Shown here piece after piece: positions 37,926 to 51,031 of a stretch of 64,000 bases of DNA. Each line of letters begins with the position of its first letter. The first letter of the stretch is position 1. The notes under the pieces are model-generated. The model saw nothing but the letters and a program-made list of their open reading frames with translations, made no database searches and was not told where the DNA came from. Made by a program: the position numbers and the translations under genes. This DNA is from Octopus vulgaris (Eukaryota): positions 102,486,001 to 102,550,000 of the forward strand of contig OX597814.1 of the NCBI GenBank assembly GCA_951406725.2, in the 5' to 3' direction.

Positions 37926-38450
37926 TCTATATATATAAAACTGTAGTTGTGTGAGTGTCTGTCCCCTTCGATTTAGATTCCTAACTCCTCCCACATTTTG
38001 CGGTGCAGTTTAACCAAATTCGGGTATCTTATAGTCGTGATTAATATCGAGCCCGTCTGGCTATTAGCGCGCGTCTACGATGAGTCTACGATTTTAAAAA
38101 TAATTTAACATCATTTTTTATTCCATTTTAATGCATAATATTTCGTGTGCCGATGGCGGCGGAGTTGGCGTCCACGCTCAAACACCTGCACCTGTGTTTG
38201 CTTCTCCCCCTTCTTCCCTCCCTCGTGAAGCTGTGGGAAAGGGAGTGTAAGGAAATCAACGTCGTAAAGCGTTGTCAAGGAGACCAGCGTTCTTTTAGAA
38301 CAACGACTTCATGGCTTGAAGACACCAAAACAGAAATGGCTAAGAAAGCCCGAACAAACGTAAATGGCTAAGAAAGGGAAGTAAGTCTCTAAAAATGCTT
38401 ATATAGTTATTTCCCTTACAAACCCGAGCAACGCCGGGCGATACTGCTAG
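37926..38450 (+). mobile_element. Non-autonomous Helitron, copy 2 (head-to-tail)
   Basis: Same termini; CTAG followed by T; no TSD. Confidence 0.9.
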
Positions 38451-38511
38451 TATTTACTAAAATTCTAATGTGTCACTAAAATCCTGAGGTACGAAATTAA
38501 GAACTTTCATG

Positions 38512-38853
38512 TAGGGAGCGATCTGAAAGTCTTGTCACTACCTACAAATATTGTTTTCATTTTCTGTTATCAAGGAGAGAGTTTCACAAGTGCGATACCA
38601 GAATACCCAACAGTTGAGGGACGCTGTTTTGACAGCCTTTGTAACAATCACCAAAATACAGTTTCATAAAATATCACACAGGACATGGCGCCGCATCATT
38701 TTGTGTCACGAAAATAATGTCTCGATGCGTGACAGTGTCAGTGTCAATGAAAGTGATTAAACTAAAACCAGTACATGTATTTGATATTATATTGTTCCTC
38801 TATTGTTCTTATTACTTTTCTGTAGGGTGTGACAAGTCTTTCAGACCACCCTA
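38512..38853 (+). mobile_element. Tc1/mariner-type deletion derivative with TIRs
   Basis: ~30-bp imperfect TIRs (tagggagcgatctgaaagtcttgtcac / gtgacaagtctttcagaccacccta); internal SVIKERVSQVRYQNTQQLRDAVLTAF...RTWRRIILC resembles a transposase C-terminus. Confidence 0.7.
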
Positions 38854-40014
38854 TACATCTAACTGAATATAAAAAAACTATATGTATGTATCTATCTACC
38901 TATATATATATATTTATTTATATATATAGGTGCAGGTATGTTTGAATGGGTAAGAAACCTGCGTGGCACCTTGGGCAAGTTTCTTCTACTATGACCTGAA
39001 GCCGACCAAAGCTTTGAGAATGGATCTGGTAGATGGAAACTGAAAGTCCATCGTATATGTGTTTGTATACATATATCTATACACACAGACACACGTGTAT
39101 GCATATATCCGTGTTTGTTTATTTCTCCGTAACTTAGTGGTTCGGCAAAACAGACCAATAGAATATGTACCAGGCTTTAAAAATTAAAAGTACTGGAGTC
39201 ATTTGTTCGACTAAGCCCTTCAAGGCGGTACCCGCATTCTAGTGACTAAAACTAGTTAGAGAAATAGTTAATCAACACACACACAAACACTTGATTTTGA
39301 TGAGGGAAAATGCGCATGTTAAATATGGAGTTAATTTAATGCTAATTATCTCCTTCAAAAAAAATTATCCAACCGTAAGTTGAGGTTCAACTTCTTAGTT
39401 GTTGACTTTAATGCAAGACACAAGTATGCTCTATACCGGAGTAGTACTTTCTTTTGTAACACATACTCAACATATATTCACATACTTAGACAACGTTGTA
39501 AAATGTCCACCTACTTGGTTTAAATGACAAACTTGACTGTCAAGCTGTGTCTTCGCTCTAACACTTCTAATATTACAATCGTCTCAGCTGTTCTAAACCT
39601 GTTGACTCTATATATATCATTTCAACCTCAACTCAATCGGTATACTTGTCATCGGTGTCGTTTTAACAGTACCTTAGAACCCTAGACAAAGCAATGCACT
39701 GGGCCTAGAGTTTTTTTTTTTATTTATTGACAGCAGAGCCTCAACATATATAGATTACCACCGGGCCCTTACTCCCATAGGCACCTTCCCTCCTCAATCT
39801 CTATTGTTCTTTCTCTCTTTCTGTGTGTATAGCTTCCCTTAACTCTTTGTCTGCCATCAACCCTAGTATGTGCACTCATCCTGCAGCTCAAGTCAACTCT
39901 CTGCATTTCTCTTTTACTTTATCTTTTCTTTTTATTCGATGTAAAGTGTGACTGGAGAAAGGAACCAACATATCAGCTATCATATGTGTGTATGCATGTA
40001 TATGTCTGTGCGTG

Positions 40015-40056
<42 letters not shown>

Positions 40057-40419
40057 ACACACATTATGAAGTAACTAAGCTGACAATAGGATGTCATTTA
40101 CTTTGTCTCGTTTGATGGAGGATTCGGGATCCAATATAAGCTAATGGCCTAAACATTAAAAAAGCTTTAAAAGATGCTATCTTCCTCCATTTAAGAATTT
40201 AGTTGCTTATGCAGTCTTAATTCTCTTGTGTACTATCATTTTTTTAATGTCCTCATATTACAACATAAAATGACATATCTTGTTACCGAAAAGCTTTCAT
40301 TAATACTGGCTGTGTGTTGGAGTAATTTTATTTCTCTACTGTTTTAATACTGCTTTCTCTGGTGTTTGTCGCATGTCCTCTTCAGTAATCATTATGCAAG
40401 TCCCCATTGTGTCTATTCA

Positions 40420-40668
40420 ACATTTTGTTAGAACTTTCTCCATCCGCAGTTCGATGACATGTAATTTGAACCTGCAGTTCAAGATTTCTATGCGTGATAC
40501 ATAATATTTAAACGCTGTAGAGACTGAGTGAATGCACGAGCGTGTGGCCTCAGGAGTGTATGCAGGCGGAGAAGGAGGAAGGACTGGAACTAGGTTTATC
40601 GTAAATTCTTTTGATTCAGGCGATGGGTGCTGTAAGTACGGAGATGGCAGTGTTCGGGAGAACTCTGT
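40420..40668 (-). other. Candidate exon with a Pro-rich PPxY-containing frame (FSRTLPSPYLQHPSPESKEFTINLVPVLPPSPPAYTPEATRS)
   Basis: GC-richer unique sequence, acceptor-like tatctgaaacAG, open for ~80 codons. Confidence 0.3.
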
Positions 40669-41014
40669 TTCAGATAAATATAATTTGATCCTTTTTTTTT
40701 CTTTTATCTTTTTTTTTTTACTTGTTTCAGTCATTCGACTGCGGCTATTCTACATGTTAATAATATTCCTACACTGTAAAGCGGCGAGCTGGCAGAATCG
40801 TTAGCACGCCGAGTAAAATGCTTAGTAGCATTTCGTCCGTCTTTACGTTTAACTGCCGCCGGGGTCAATTTAATCAACTTAACCTCTCCCCCGAAATTGC
40901 TTACTTTGTGCCAAAATGGAAACCAATAATTTTCCTCCAATGTACTTTCAATAGATTTTTAGCCAACACTAGTAGAAAAGTAGAAACCAAGCGGAATGGT
41001 TTCAATTCCAAATT

Positions 41015-41373
41015 GCTGACCGACAGATTTTTTAATTGATTTTTTTTTTTTAACTAAACACTTTGAAACTTCGGATACTGGTTGAATGTGTTACATAGAA
41101 CAGGGTTTACTCTTAACGTTTTTTTACAAAATTTTGTACTTTAGAAGTTATTTCGTGTTAAAGTTGTTGTATTTGGGTAATTTTAACCAATCAATGACGT
41201 GTATTCAGCTGAAGAAAATTACTGCTGCTGTTTGCGAACAACAACTTCCAGGTCCACTCCCCTAACAAAACTCTTCTTTAACAGCCAAATATGTTTTTTA
41301 TAGCAACATAGGTTTGCTGTATCAGGGTTGATTTGAGGCTAAATAACAACAAAATTATTACTGAGACAGACCA
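41015..41373 (+). repeat. Third copy of the composite segment that forms the 49.7-51.0 kb palindrome
   Basis: Colinear with 49680-50232, including the repeat-repeat junction, and lacks the MITE. Confidence 0.9.
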
Positions 41374-42224
41374 ATTATATATTATTTTGATTTTAATCAC
41401 CTTACTTTGAAATTGTATGAATAATACCGTACTAAATTCTGGTGCCTCAACTTAAGTACCATAGTCATCTGAATCTTTATATATATATATATAAGCAATA
41501 ATAAATCTCTGAACGAGGTATAAACAGTAACTGCGCGACAATGTGAAGCATATTTGCCATCTAAATGTGGCTATTTCTGCGCCTATCTACTGAGTTTTAA
41601 ACCCAAACTATATGTAAATGGATGTAAACACCTCCTCTTTGTTGTAATATCCTCATTGACTGAAAAATGAGGAATCAATTAGCCGGACTAGTTTCGATAT
41701 TGTGCCGTGATTTCAAATACTCTGTATACTGTACTATATATATATAGTATTGTACAGGGAATGCATTAAAATTAAACCCTGTTAACGTATCAGAAAATTA
41801 TAGTTGTTAACATTGGTACTTGGTCTTCATTTTGTGGAAGCGTATGGTTGATTTAATCACCATTCATCATTTAAGTGCTTATTTATGGACCCTGCCTGTC
41901 TCAAGCATTTTCCTAAATTTATCTTAAACGTCGTTGTTTGTTTTCAAACTTTTAGTTATCCCCTTGTTTCATGCGTTCTGAGTAATTATAAAGCTTTTCT
42001 CAATCGTTCCCAACTTACTGTAGTGGTTTTAAAAAATTGGATATTTGCGTCATTTGATGCGTGCACGCCGGAAAATGTCCTGCGTTTCAATGGCAAAAGA
42101 TTAATGTAGTGTTTATGATGTGAGATACGATTGTTATTAACTCCAGAACAAAGTTGTTCCAATCGTGACCATCCTACGTTTTCCAGTATGTCCTGCCATT
42201 TTTTTAACGATATATGAGGAGGAA

Positions 42225-43350
42225 TGCCCATAGATTATAGACCCGCTCGTTCAGTGTTGGCTTAGGGTTTAACAACAACAACGAACTAACGACGGAGCTT
42301 ATACAATTAGGCACCGACAACCTTTTTTAGTTGCCGCTGTTTATTTTCTACTCAGCGCTCATTGAGAGCAAATTTCTGATCAAAGGCCTTCGAAACGAAT
42401 TACCATCCCCTACTTTTTGTATATCAATGGCTACATTATTCAGTGTCTGTCCTTCCTTAAAAAAAATAGCGATATGATTTGAGATTTGATTGTTATTTCT
42501 AGCAAGTCCAGCGCGGCTGTATTAACTCTTCCTCGCGGTGGTAGCGAAATCACCTCTGTTATGTGTGCAAATAATCATAATAACAGGCAATTAAGTTGAT
42601 AATTAGTAAGAAAACAAGATCTATAAGAAAATTACCACCACCATTACAACTACATCACTGAAGCATCTTTCAATAAATGTGCCTGATACTTCTTTATTTT
42701 TATTATAAGTATGAAAATCAATGGAAAGTGACTTAAGTCAGTTGAATACTAGCTCATGTGCTAACTTCTGTATCTCTCCCCCCCCTCTATATTATTATTA
42801 TTGTTTCTCCCTCTACCTTCTCACAATCACTACTGTCTACAACAATCCTACTGTTGTTGACTCATTATAATTCTTTTTCCACTCCTCTTAATTGTTTTTC
42901 TTTTTCTTCTTCCTCCACTTCCACTGTCCTTTTTTTTTCTTTTCTTTTTTGTCTCTCTTTCCATCTGTTTTACTCTATTTCTATTCTTTCTCTCCAATGC
43001 ACGTTATAACCCATTCCTATTTTTCTGACTCCCATTTCTAACGCCTCAATCTTTTATACTTATGGTTTTTTGTTCTTTTTTATCTTCCTGAACCAAAGAG
43101 GAGTCAACAAGAGCTACTGCATGGTCTGCTAGAAATAACAGCCAAATTTTCCCCTAGCTCGCATCCTACTGTCTTATCAGGACACGTTAAACCTTATAAA
43201 TTCCTACATATCACGAAAAAGGACATGATGATCACGGCTGGAATGCCCATATATTATTATAGACCCGCTCGTTCAATTTTGGCTTAGGGTTTAACAACTA
43301 CAACGAACTAACGAGGGAGCTTATACAATCAGACATGGACAATCTTTTTT
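42225..43350 (+). repeat. Direct duplication of ~105 bp (42228-42330 and 43245-43350)
   Basis: Shared tagacccgctcgttca...ggcttagggtttaacaac.acaacgaactaacga.ggagcttatacaat. Confidence 0.85.
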
Positions 43351-44329
43351 GAGAAAAACTTAAAGAATAGCAAAGTAATTTTAATGAAATCTTTTTTTCT
43401 TCCTTGATAAATTAAATGCATCGTTTAGAAAGTCCAGTGGGCCGCAGTTTACCCATGGTCGCTTGGTTTGCGAGAAATAGTCAAATTTCTCTTATTTCAT
43501 AATCCCAATGCCTTAAAGATAGACATTAAAGTGTCGTCAGGATGGTCGTAGTAGGAATACCTTGTATCATATATCTGCTCGCTTAGGATTAAATAATACA
43601 ACCATCCTCAACTGTCACCAGACATCCACTACAGATTCCTACTGTGTCCCACATCAGCTGTAGTCGTCCCCTTTAAGCCTCGCTCTTTATATCTGCTATA
43701 GCCTGCTATATTGCTTTTTCCTTTCTTTCTTTGTGTATATCTCTTTTCCTCTTTCTCTCTCTCTCTCTCTCTCCGCTGTGTTTTGTCTTCTTTTGCTCTG
43801 CTGTTTTATCTGTTACTCTTTTTCCTGCTTCTCTGCTTGCTATTCGCCTTTTCTCTCGTTTCTTCTATTTGTCTTTCTCCCTCCTCTTCTCTACTCACAC
43901 TTTATCTATCTATCTATTTGACTATCTGTCTCTCTCTCTATCTACCTATCTATGTATCTATCTATCTGACTATCTGTCTCTCTCTCTATCTACCTATCTA
44001 TCTCGAATATGAAATGAGATAGAGAGATAGATATACATACATACATATTCACACACACAAAGTTAGTAACTTTGACAAGTAATGTGTGGCGGTAATAGCT
44101 ATTGCTACTACTGATGATGATGTTCTAAGTATGTCTGTCTGCAAATATGTATTGTCTATATTCTAATATATTTACTCACTGACACACAATTACGCACACA
44201 CTCCTTCATACACGCAGTTTGTATTTCATTAAACACAAAAACAAAAAGACCAGAAGAAATGGATTGGTTGAATTGTATCTTACACACATATACCAGACAC
44301 TAAGCAGTCTGTAGTAGTGGGTTCACATA

Positions 44330-44508
44330 AGGCGGCGGGGGAAGAGTGCTGCATTTTAAGATTCACCACTTACAACCGGCAGAAGCGGCGGATGTTTAGT
44401 TTGCTTCAGTCATTCGCAACGTTTTGCCTCTAATGTTGCAGTTCTTACCGCTCCTTGGCACCCATGATTTCTTACCTCGTTTGGCCAACAACAAAAAGCT
44501 GTGCGAAG
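44330..44508 (+). promoter_or_regulatory. Candidate first exon of a plus-strand transcript
   Basis: GC/CpG-rich unique segment ending in donor GAAG|GTAATG (GT at 44509); possible ATG frame MLQFLPLLGTHDFLPRLANNKKLCE. Confidence 0.4.
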
Positions 44509-46579
44509 GTAATGTATAATAATAACATATATGTATATATACATACATATATATATATATATACCATACTTAGTAGCCTTCGATTTTTTTTTTATCCAAA
44601 GGGGATTATTTACACTCTTTTTTTTTTTATAGTTTTATTTACTTCGAGATCCACCATTCCGAAAAAGAATTATTTATATATGTGTATGTTTGTGTTTATG
44701 GAGTTTCTGTTTATTGTTTACGTAGGTTTATTCTCTTCACTTGTAATATATGCGTGTATGCTGTATCGAGTAAAATATTGATCTAACAAAAGATGAATTT
44801 TAAAAGGGCTATATATATATATATATATATATACATACATACATACACAGAAATATGGCGTTAGAAGCATAAAAGGTAAAAGCAACCGGATAAAACAGAC
44901 TTGGTTCGACAAAGTATTCAATATAATTGTTATTCTGCTGCATGGGAACTCGGAATTCTATTTAAATTCCAATCTTTTTATTTATAATTTGCTCTCATGT
45001 TCTCTCGTCTGTCGCCCTTATGACAAAGAAATTACCGTTATAAAAACACTACTATTAGTAGTAAAACATGAATTTTACTGCACACGTATTCCTTAGCTGA
45101 GATTCTTTAAAGTTTAAAAATTGAAAGCCAGTTTGTTTTGGTATTAGTACCACACACGCACGTATATATATATAAAAGATAACTATGTGTAAACATTAAG
45201 ATAAATAGATAAAGGCAAACGTTATGACACTTGTCATGCCTAATGGCATGTTAAGACGAGAAAATAACTCTGGATAATGTTTTCCTCATTGTTACCAATA
45301 AAAATAACCAACGGGCTACACCCAGTCATATAAATATGTGTATATATGTGTGTTTGTTTACATATCGGTACCAATTAAAATACATGTGTGTATTAAATAT
45401 CTGTGCATGAACGTGCTATAACTACTGATGAAGAGCTGTTAAAAAGGGAGTCGTTACTTCGACCCAGTTCCTACTCCCAGTTGGCTTTATTAAATTTGAA
45501 CGAAAGGATGGAGATACCTAGTAAATTCAGTGAGGCTTTACCAAATATTTTCATATGCGTAGCTGTATTTTCCTTTCATTTCTATTATTGTTTAGACTAA
45601 TGAGGCAGGGCAGCACCCATGGCTTTTTTTCAGGATTTCTGAGGCTGTTAGAGAAAGAAGGGAAGAAATCACAGCTTTTTTTTTTTGTTACCATAAAACC
45701 GGAGACCAAGCCCGAATGCTTGCGAGGCACTCAATGACCAGATGGTCATATTAAACTGAAGTAAGGTATAGTTCACCCAGCAAGATTCCGCACAGTTTCC
45801 GGTTACCTTGTTTTGGTCACAAGGATTGGGTTCAACTGGCTCGCGTAGACATGCTTTCACACGTGTTTGTATACTGCATTATATATGTGTGTGCGCTGGC
45901 GTGGCTGTGTGGTTGAAAGTTTGGTTCAAAACTACGTGGTTCTGGGTTCAGTACTACTATATGGCACCTTCTATTATCGCCTCGAGCCAACCAAATGTAA
46001 AACAATAATGATCAAATGATTTTGAACTAACATATGTGTGTCTGTTTGCCCCCTACCATTGCTTGATAACCGGTGTTGGTGTATTTACGTTCTTGTAAAT
46101 TAGTCGCTCAGTAAGAGAAGACTAAAACCCTGCATAGCCTCAACTAGATGACGGAAACAAGTTGATTGTAACTGGAATGAAGGGATTCATCACAGTTCAT
46201 TTTTTTGTTCTGAGTAACTCCTGTGTTAAAATCCGTGTAACATAACTTAGTTTTTACCATGGCACAAAATACTAGACTTGTAATCAGTGTCGTTTTAAGG
46301 GCACACTGAGCAGGGGCCCCATTTTGATCTATTTATGCTGTAGTTTGCTTGACCCAGTACCTTGATTTGCCCAGGCGCCTATATTATGCTACGGTATCTC
46401 TGTAGTTTTTAGTGAACATAACTTTGTATATTGAGTATGGGTCTTTGACTTTGATCCTTATGTTCAATTGCTGATCGATTTTCCCCTCCCTATTCGGATA
46501 TGCCTGTAATAAAAATTATTGTATACCCAAGAGAAGATAAACAAAATATCATTGAAGGCTTTGTTATAATTTTGACATG

Positions 46580-47450
46580 AAAAAGACTTTCTGTTTTTTA
46601 TTGTTTTCCTTCTTAGCTGAAATTCCTTGCTATCCTAAACCTTTTTGATTGTCTTTGAAGAAGTTTTGCTAAATTAACTAGAGAATTTCCCGACAGTTTT
46701 AGAATGGTTTATTTTGATTACATTTCGATAAATTGCTGAGATAAAAGGAAATTGGTGTTTTGAAGTTGCTTTGTGATATCTTATAACCAAAAGATTCTCG
46801 CCATTCACTAATTCTAAAGACTGTAATATGAGAGAATTTCGTCTAGTTTATGAAGAAGACATTATGAAGCAAATATGTAGAGAGAAATAAAGCGATTATA
46901 TAAGAGAAAAAGAGTAAACATAGGAGAAAAAGAAAATGGGTGTATTTAGGAATAACTATGATGATCATGTGTTTATGTTGTGAAGGTTGATGTATTATTT
47001 TTGTAGAATAAACGTAGAAGTGTGAAAAACAGTGAGCTCAAGAGAAACAGGAATTTTAATAATACAAAAGAGAAATACAGAAGGCTTCACTCAATAATTT
47101 AATATTGGACAGTGGAAATATTTGACTTAGTATTACGGTATTGTGTGTCTTCCGAACTCCAGATATTTTGATGTGAAAGGGAGTGTCTGTGTTAGTAATT
47201 TTATTATAAACTGACTGTGTATTTGAACTTAAGATCTGCCATGTGATAATTCATCATTTTCATCATAGATGTATCTTTTTTTTTTAATGTTTTGTCAGAA
47301 TGAACAGCATGACTTTCCCTAAATTCAAGATTGGTACTCATGCACAAACACACTTTTTCTGCAATACTTCTGCTATCAGCAATGAGGCATATCTTTTCTG
47401 ATTTATCTGAAGAATTGATTGCATGCTGGACTGGCTGAATAAACAAACAT
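46580..47450 (-). pseudogene. Exon relics (CLFIQPVQHAINSSDKSEKICLIADSRSIAEKVCLCMSTNLEFRES...ADLKFKY; VFRISEWRESFGYKISQSNFKTPISFYL)
   Basis: 80-aa minus-strand ORF in unique sequence after acceptor-like tacatgtAG, plus a second broken frame. Confidence 0.3.
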
Positions 47451-48837
47451 CTACATGTACGCTAACACAATTTATTGAATAACCTTTGCTTGAAACACAG
47501 GGAGTCACACACACGCGCACATGATGGCTTTCTGTTTGGTTTCCATTGACCAAATTCCAAGTCTTGGACCACATGTATATGAAGTAAACTTCTTAATAAC
47601 ACAGCTAATCTGCAGCTGTGTGTAGATATATGTGTGTCTGTAAGTGAGGTCAGAACAGTACTGGAGGTGTAATTTTCGTCACGGACAAGTGAATTTTGGA
47701 AGAGAGGCCTTGCAAGTCTATCAGATAGATGGAAGTGCATTGTAGAAAATGGAGAGTCTATTTTTGATTAAAAAGAACTTAATTTTGAAAAATAAAAGAA
47801 GTAAAAAAAATATTATTCATGGGATGACCCAATACATAAACATACAGGTGTAGTTGTTTGGTAAGAAGCTTGCTTCCCAACCACATGGTTCCAAGTTTTG
47901 TCCCATTGCATGGCACCTTGGACAAGTGTCTTCAAACAATAAGCTTGGGCCAACCAAATCCTTATGAGTGGATTTGGTAGATGGAAACTGAAAAAAGCCC
48001 ATTCTATATATGTATACATTTATGTGTGTGTCTGTGTTTGTGCTCCTACCATCACCTGACAACCGTTGTTGGTGTGTTTATATCCCTGTAGCTTAACAAT
48101 TCAGCAAAAGAGCCCAATAGAATAAGTACTAGGCTTACAAAGAATAAATCCTGGCATCAATTTCTTTGAATAAAAAGCCCTTTAAGTAGTGCTCCAGCAT
48201 GGCCACTATCAAATAATTGAAACAAGTAACAAAATATACACACTGGCTGATGAATTTGCAGAATAATATTAATGCCAGACAAATTCTTTGCTGCATCTGT
48301 TCTTGATCTTTACATTCTGAGATAAATTCCCCCAAAATGTTTATTGAAATTTTTCATTATTATGGCTTACCTGATGATAAACCATGTCTAGCATGACCTG
48401 CTTTTTGAAAAAAAGTTGCCCATGCATGTCTTGGATATTCTGGGAGTGTCTGCTTGTAACCACATGGTCACCTACAAAAAACATTAATTGAAAGGCATCG
48501 TGCAGGCCAATGTGAAGTCATACTTGATTACAGATGACAGCTGTATTGTTATATCTAAATATAGTTTATTTTTGAAGTTGACTACTCTGCCATTACTTCA
48601 AATTTCCTTTTCCTATGCTAGCATGGGTTACACAAATACATAATGCTGAATCATTGCTTCACAGCCAGATACCCTTCCTATTACTATTCCTAACCTATTT
48701 TTCAAGCAAGAGAGTTTTTCATTCCATATGTCTTTTAAAATACAGAACTAGCATATGGTTTATTTACAAGGAAACGGCAAACATTAATTGTAGCTCGTGC
48801 AATTTCAGAATATAAACAAATTTACACACACACATAT

Positions 48838-49166
48838 TGAGACCCCTTTCCGTCATAACTGACTGTGGGATTGCACCTAGAAAGTTACCTTCCCAGGTAC
48901 AAGTCTGGGCAAGGTTGTTTATGGAAGAACTGCAGTCGCCCATGCATACCGGCCTCCCCTCTCTACACCACCAGTGTTATCCAAGGCAAAGGCCGATACA
49001 GCTTGGCACCTGTGACATTGCAACTCATTTCTACAGCTGAGTGAACTGGAGCAACATGAAATAAAGTGTCTTGCTCAAGAACACAACATGCAGCCCGGTC
49101 TGGGATTCGAACTCACAACCTCACAATTGTAAGCTCGACGCTCTAACCATTGAGCCATGCGCCTTC
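48838..49166 (-). mobile_element. tRNA-derived SINE
   Basis: A box TGGCTCAATGG and B box GTTCGAATCC; 3' part also present at 55895-56085 on +. Confidence 0.85.
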
Positions 49167-49666
49167 ACACACACACGCATACATGTACGTATATATAAAT
49201 GATAGTCTTTGTACAGTTTCTCTCTACCAAATTCATTCACAAGGCATTGGTCAATCTATGGTAATAGCAGAAAACACTTGTCCAGGACTGAACTCAGAAT
49301 TATATGGTTAGAAAGTGTGCTTCTTAATCACACAACCATGCCTGTTCAATCATAGTAGCTTGTTTCTAGCAAGGAGACTGGTAGCATGTATATTATTAGT
49401 CACCATGAAATAGCCTTCTGTACTTCATTGGAATTTAACTTATACCAGTTAAGTAAACTGAATCTCATGAATGCGTGAGGTTCAAATTTTTAAAGAATCT
49501 GTTTGTAAAGTGAGTAATTAATTGCTCTGAATATTTAAGACTTTAACTTTTAAAGAATTAAACATACTACTTGAGTAATTCTGATAAATCCCTAAGGAAT
49601 AGCTATTGGTAATTTAATTTTTATAATCTTGCTTATAAATATTTTAAATGTATAATATCATTTGGG

Positions 49667-51031
49667 TATCAAACTTGGGATCTGACTGACAGATTAAAAA
49701 TATTTTTTAAACTAAACACTTTGAAACTTTGGATACTGGTAGAATGTGTCACATAGAACAGGTTTTGGAAGTTATTTTGTGTTAAAGTTGTTGTATTTGG
49801 GTAATTTTAACCAATCAATGATGTGTATTCAGCTGAAGAAAGTTACTGCTGCTGTTTGTAAACAACAATTTCCAGGTCCACTCCCCTAACAAAACCCTTC
49901 TTTAACCCTTTAGCATTCACATTATTTTATCAAATGTAATACTTATTTAGTCACATTGTTTTGAATTAGTTATGCATCATTTTGTAGCTTTGAGATTTTG
50001 TGGAGGTAACTGCTAATTTTTAGAATGATATTGTCGGTTTAGTATGAGAGGCCACATCTGCCCAGCCTGAACATACAACAAGTAAGTAAACATACTACAT
50101 TTCAGCCGGATATGACCAGTTTAAATGCTAAAGGGTTAATAACCAGAGATGTTTTTATAGCAACATAGGTTTGCTGTATCAGGGTTGATTTGAGGCTAAA
50201 TAACAACAAAATTATTACTGAGACAGACCAATGATGGAGACTGTATGTGGTTGCATGACCTGCTAGAAAAAGTAACCAAACTTTTTTTATATACAGAATA
50301 GAAAAACCTCTATCCTGTGATCTACTCATCAAGTCCATTGTGTATATATAAACTTGCATATTTTTTTCTTGAAGACAAATTTCATTCTTCTTTTTGTCAG
50401 GAAGATTTGGTTGCTCTTTCTAGCAACTCGAGTGACCAAGTAAAGGCTCTCTTGTTGCCTCATCTCGTTCCCTTCATCACTTATTATTTAGTCCCGAGTT
50501 GGATCTGATTGAACAGATTTTCTGAAAGACGTCCCAACTGTGACATTCTGTCTTTCTACCCAGACATAAAGGACTCTACGTGTATATCACAGAATAGAGG
50601 TTTTTCTATTCTGTATATAAAAAAAGTTTGGCTACTTTTTCTAGCAGGTCATGTAACCATACACAGGCTCCGTCATTGGTCTGTCTCAGTAATAATTTTA
50701 TTGTTATTTAGCCTCAAATCAACGCTGATACAGCAAACCTATGTTGCTATATAAAGAAGAGTTTTGTTAGGGAAGTGGACCTGGAAGTTGTTGTTCGCAA
50801 ATAACAGCAGTAATTTTCTTCAACTGAATACACGTCATTGATTGGTTAAAATTACCCAAATATGACAACTTTAACCCAAAATAACTTCTAAAATACAAAA
50901 TTTTGTCAAAAACATCACGAGTAAATCCTGTTCTATGTGACACATTCTACCAGTATCTGAAGTTTCAAAGTGTTTAGTTTTAAAAATTTAATTAAAAAAT
51001 CTGTCAGTCAGAAAAGATCCCAAACTTGATA
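49667..51031. repeat. Long inverted repeat: arms 49667-50321 and 50586-51031, spacer ~264 bp
   Basis: Arms are reverse complements along their length; the ORF track shows the same peptide on opposite strands (50102- and 50509+). Confidence 0.95.
49902..50139. mobile_element. piggyBac-like MITE in the left palindrome arm
   Basis: TTAA TSD and CCCTTTAGCATT TIR; empty single-TTAA site visible in the 41.28 kb copy. Confidence 0.92.

Larger units (their letters stand above)
36100..46100. promoter_or_regulatory. CpG-retaining (probably unmethylated) domain
   Basis: CG dinucleotides are frequent here and scarce outside; the same repeats keep CpG inside (41072 ttcgga, 41198 gacgtg) but show TG/CA outside (49730 tttgga, 49820 gatgtg). 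Confidence 0.65.

Noticed and set aside
37420-38450. Two ~500-bp direct repeats as LTRs
   Set aside because: No TG...CA ends, TSD or internal region; termini are Helitron-type.
45424-45470. CTGATGA motifs here and at 58606 as hammerheads
   Set aside because: No correctly placed GAAA or stems.
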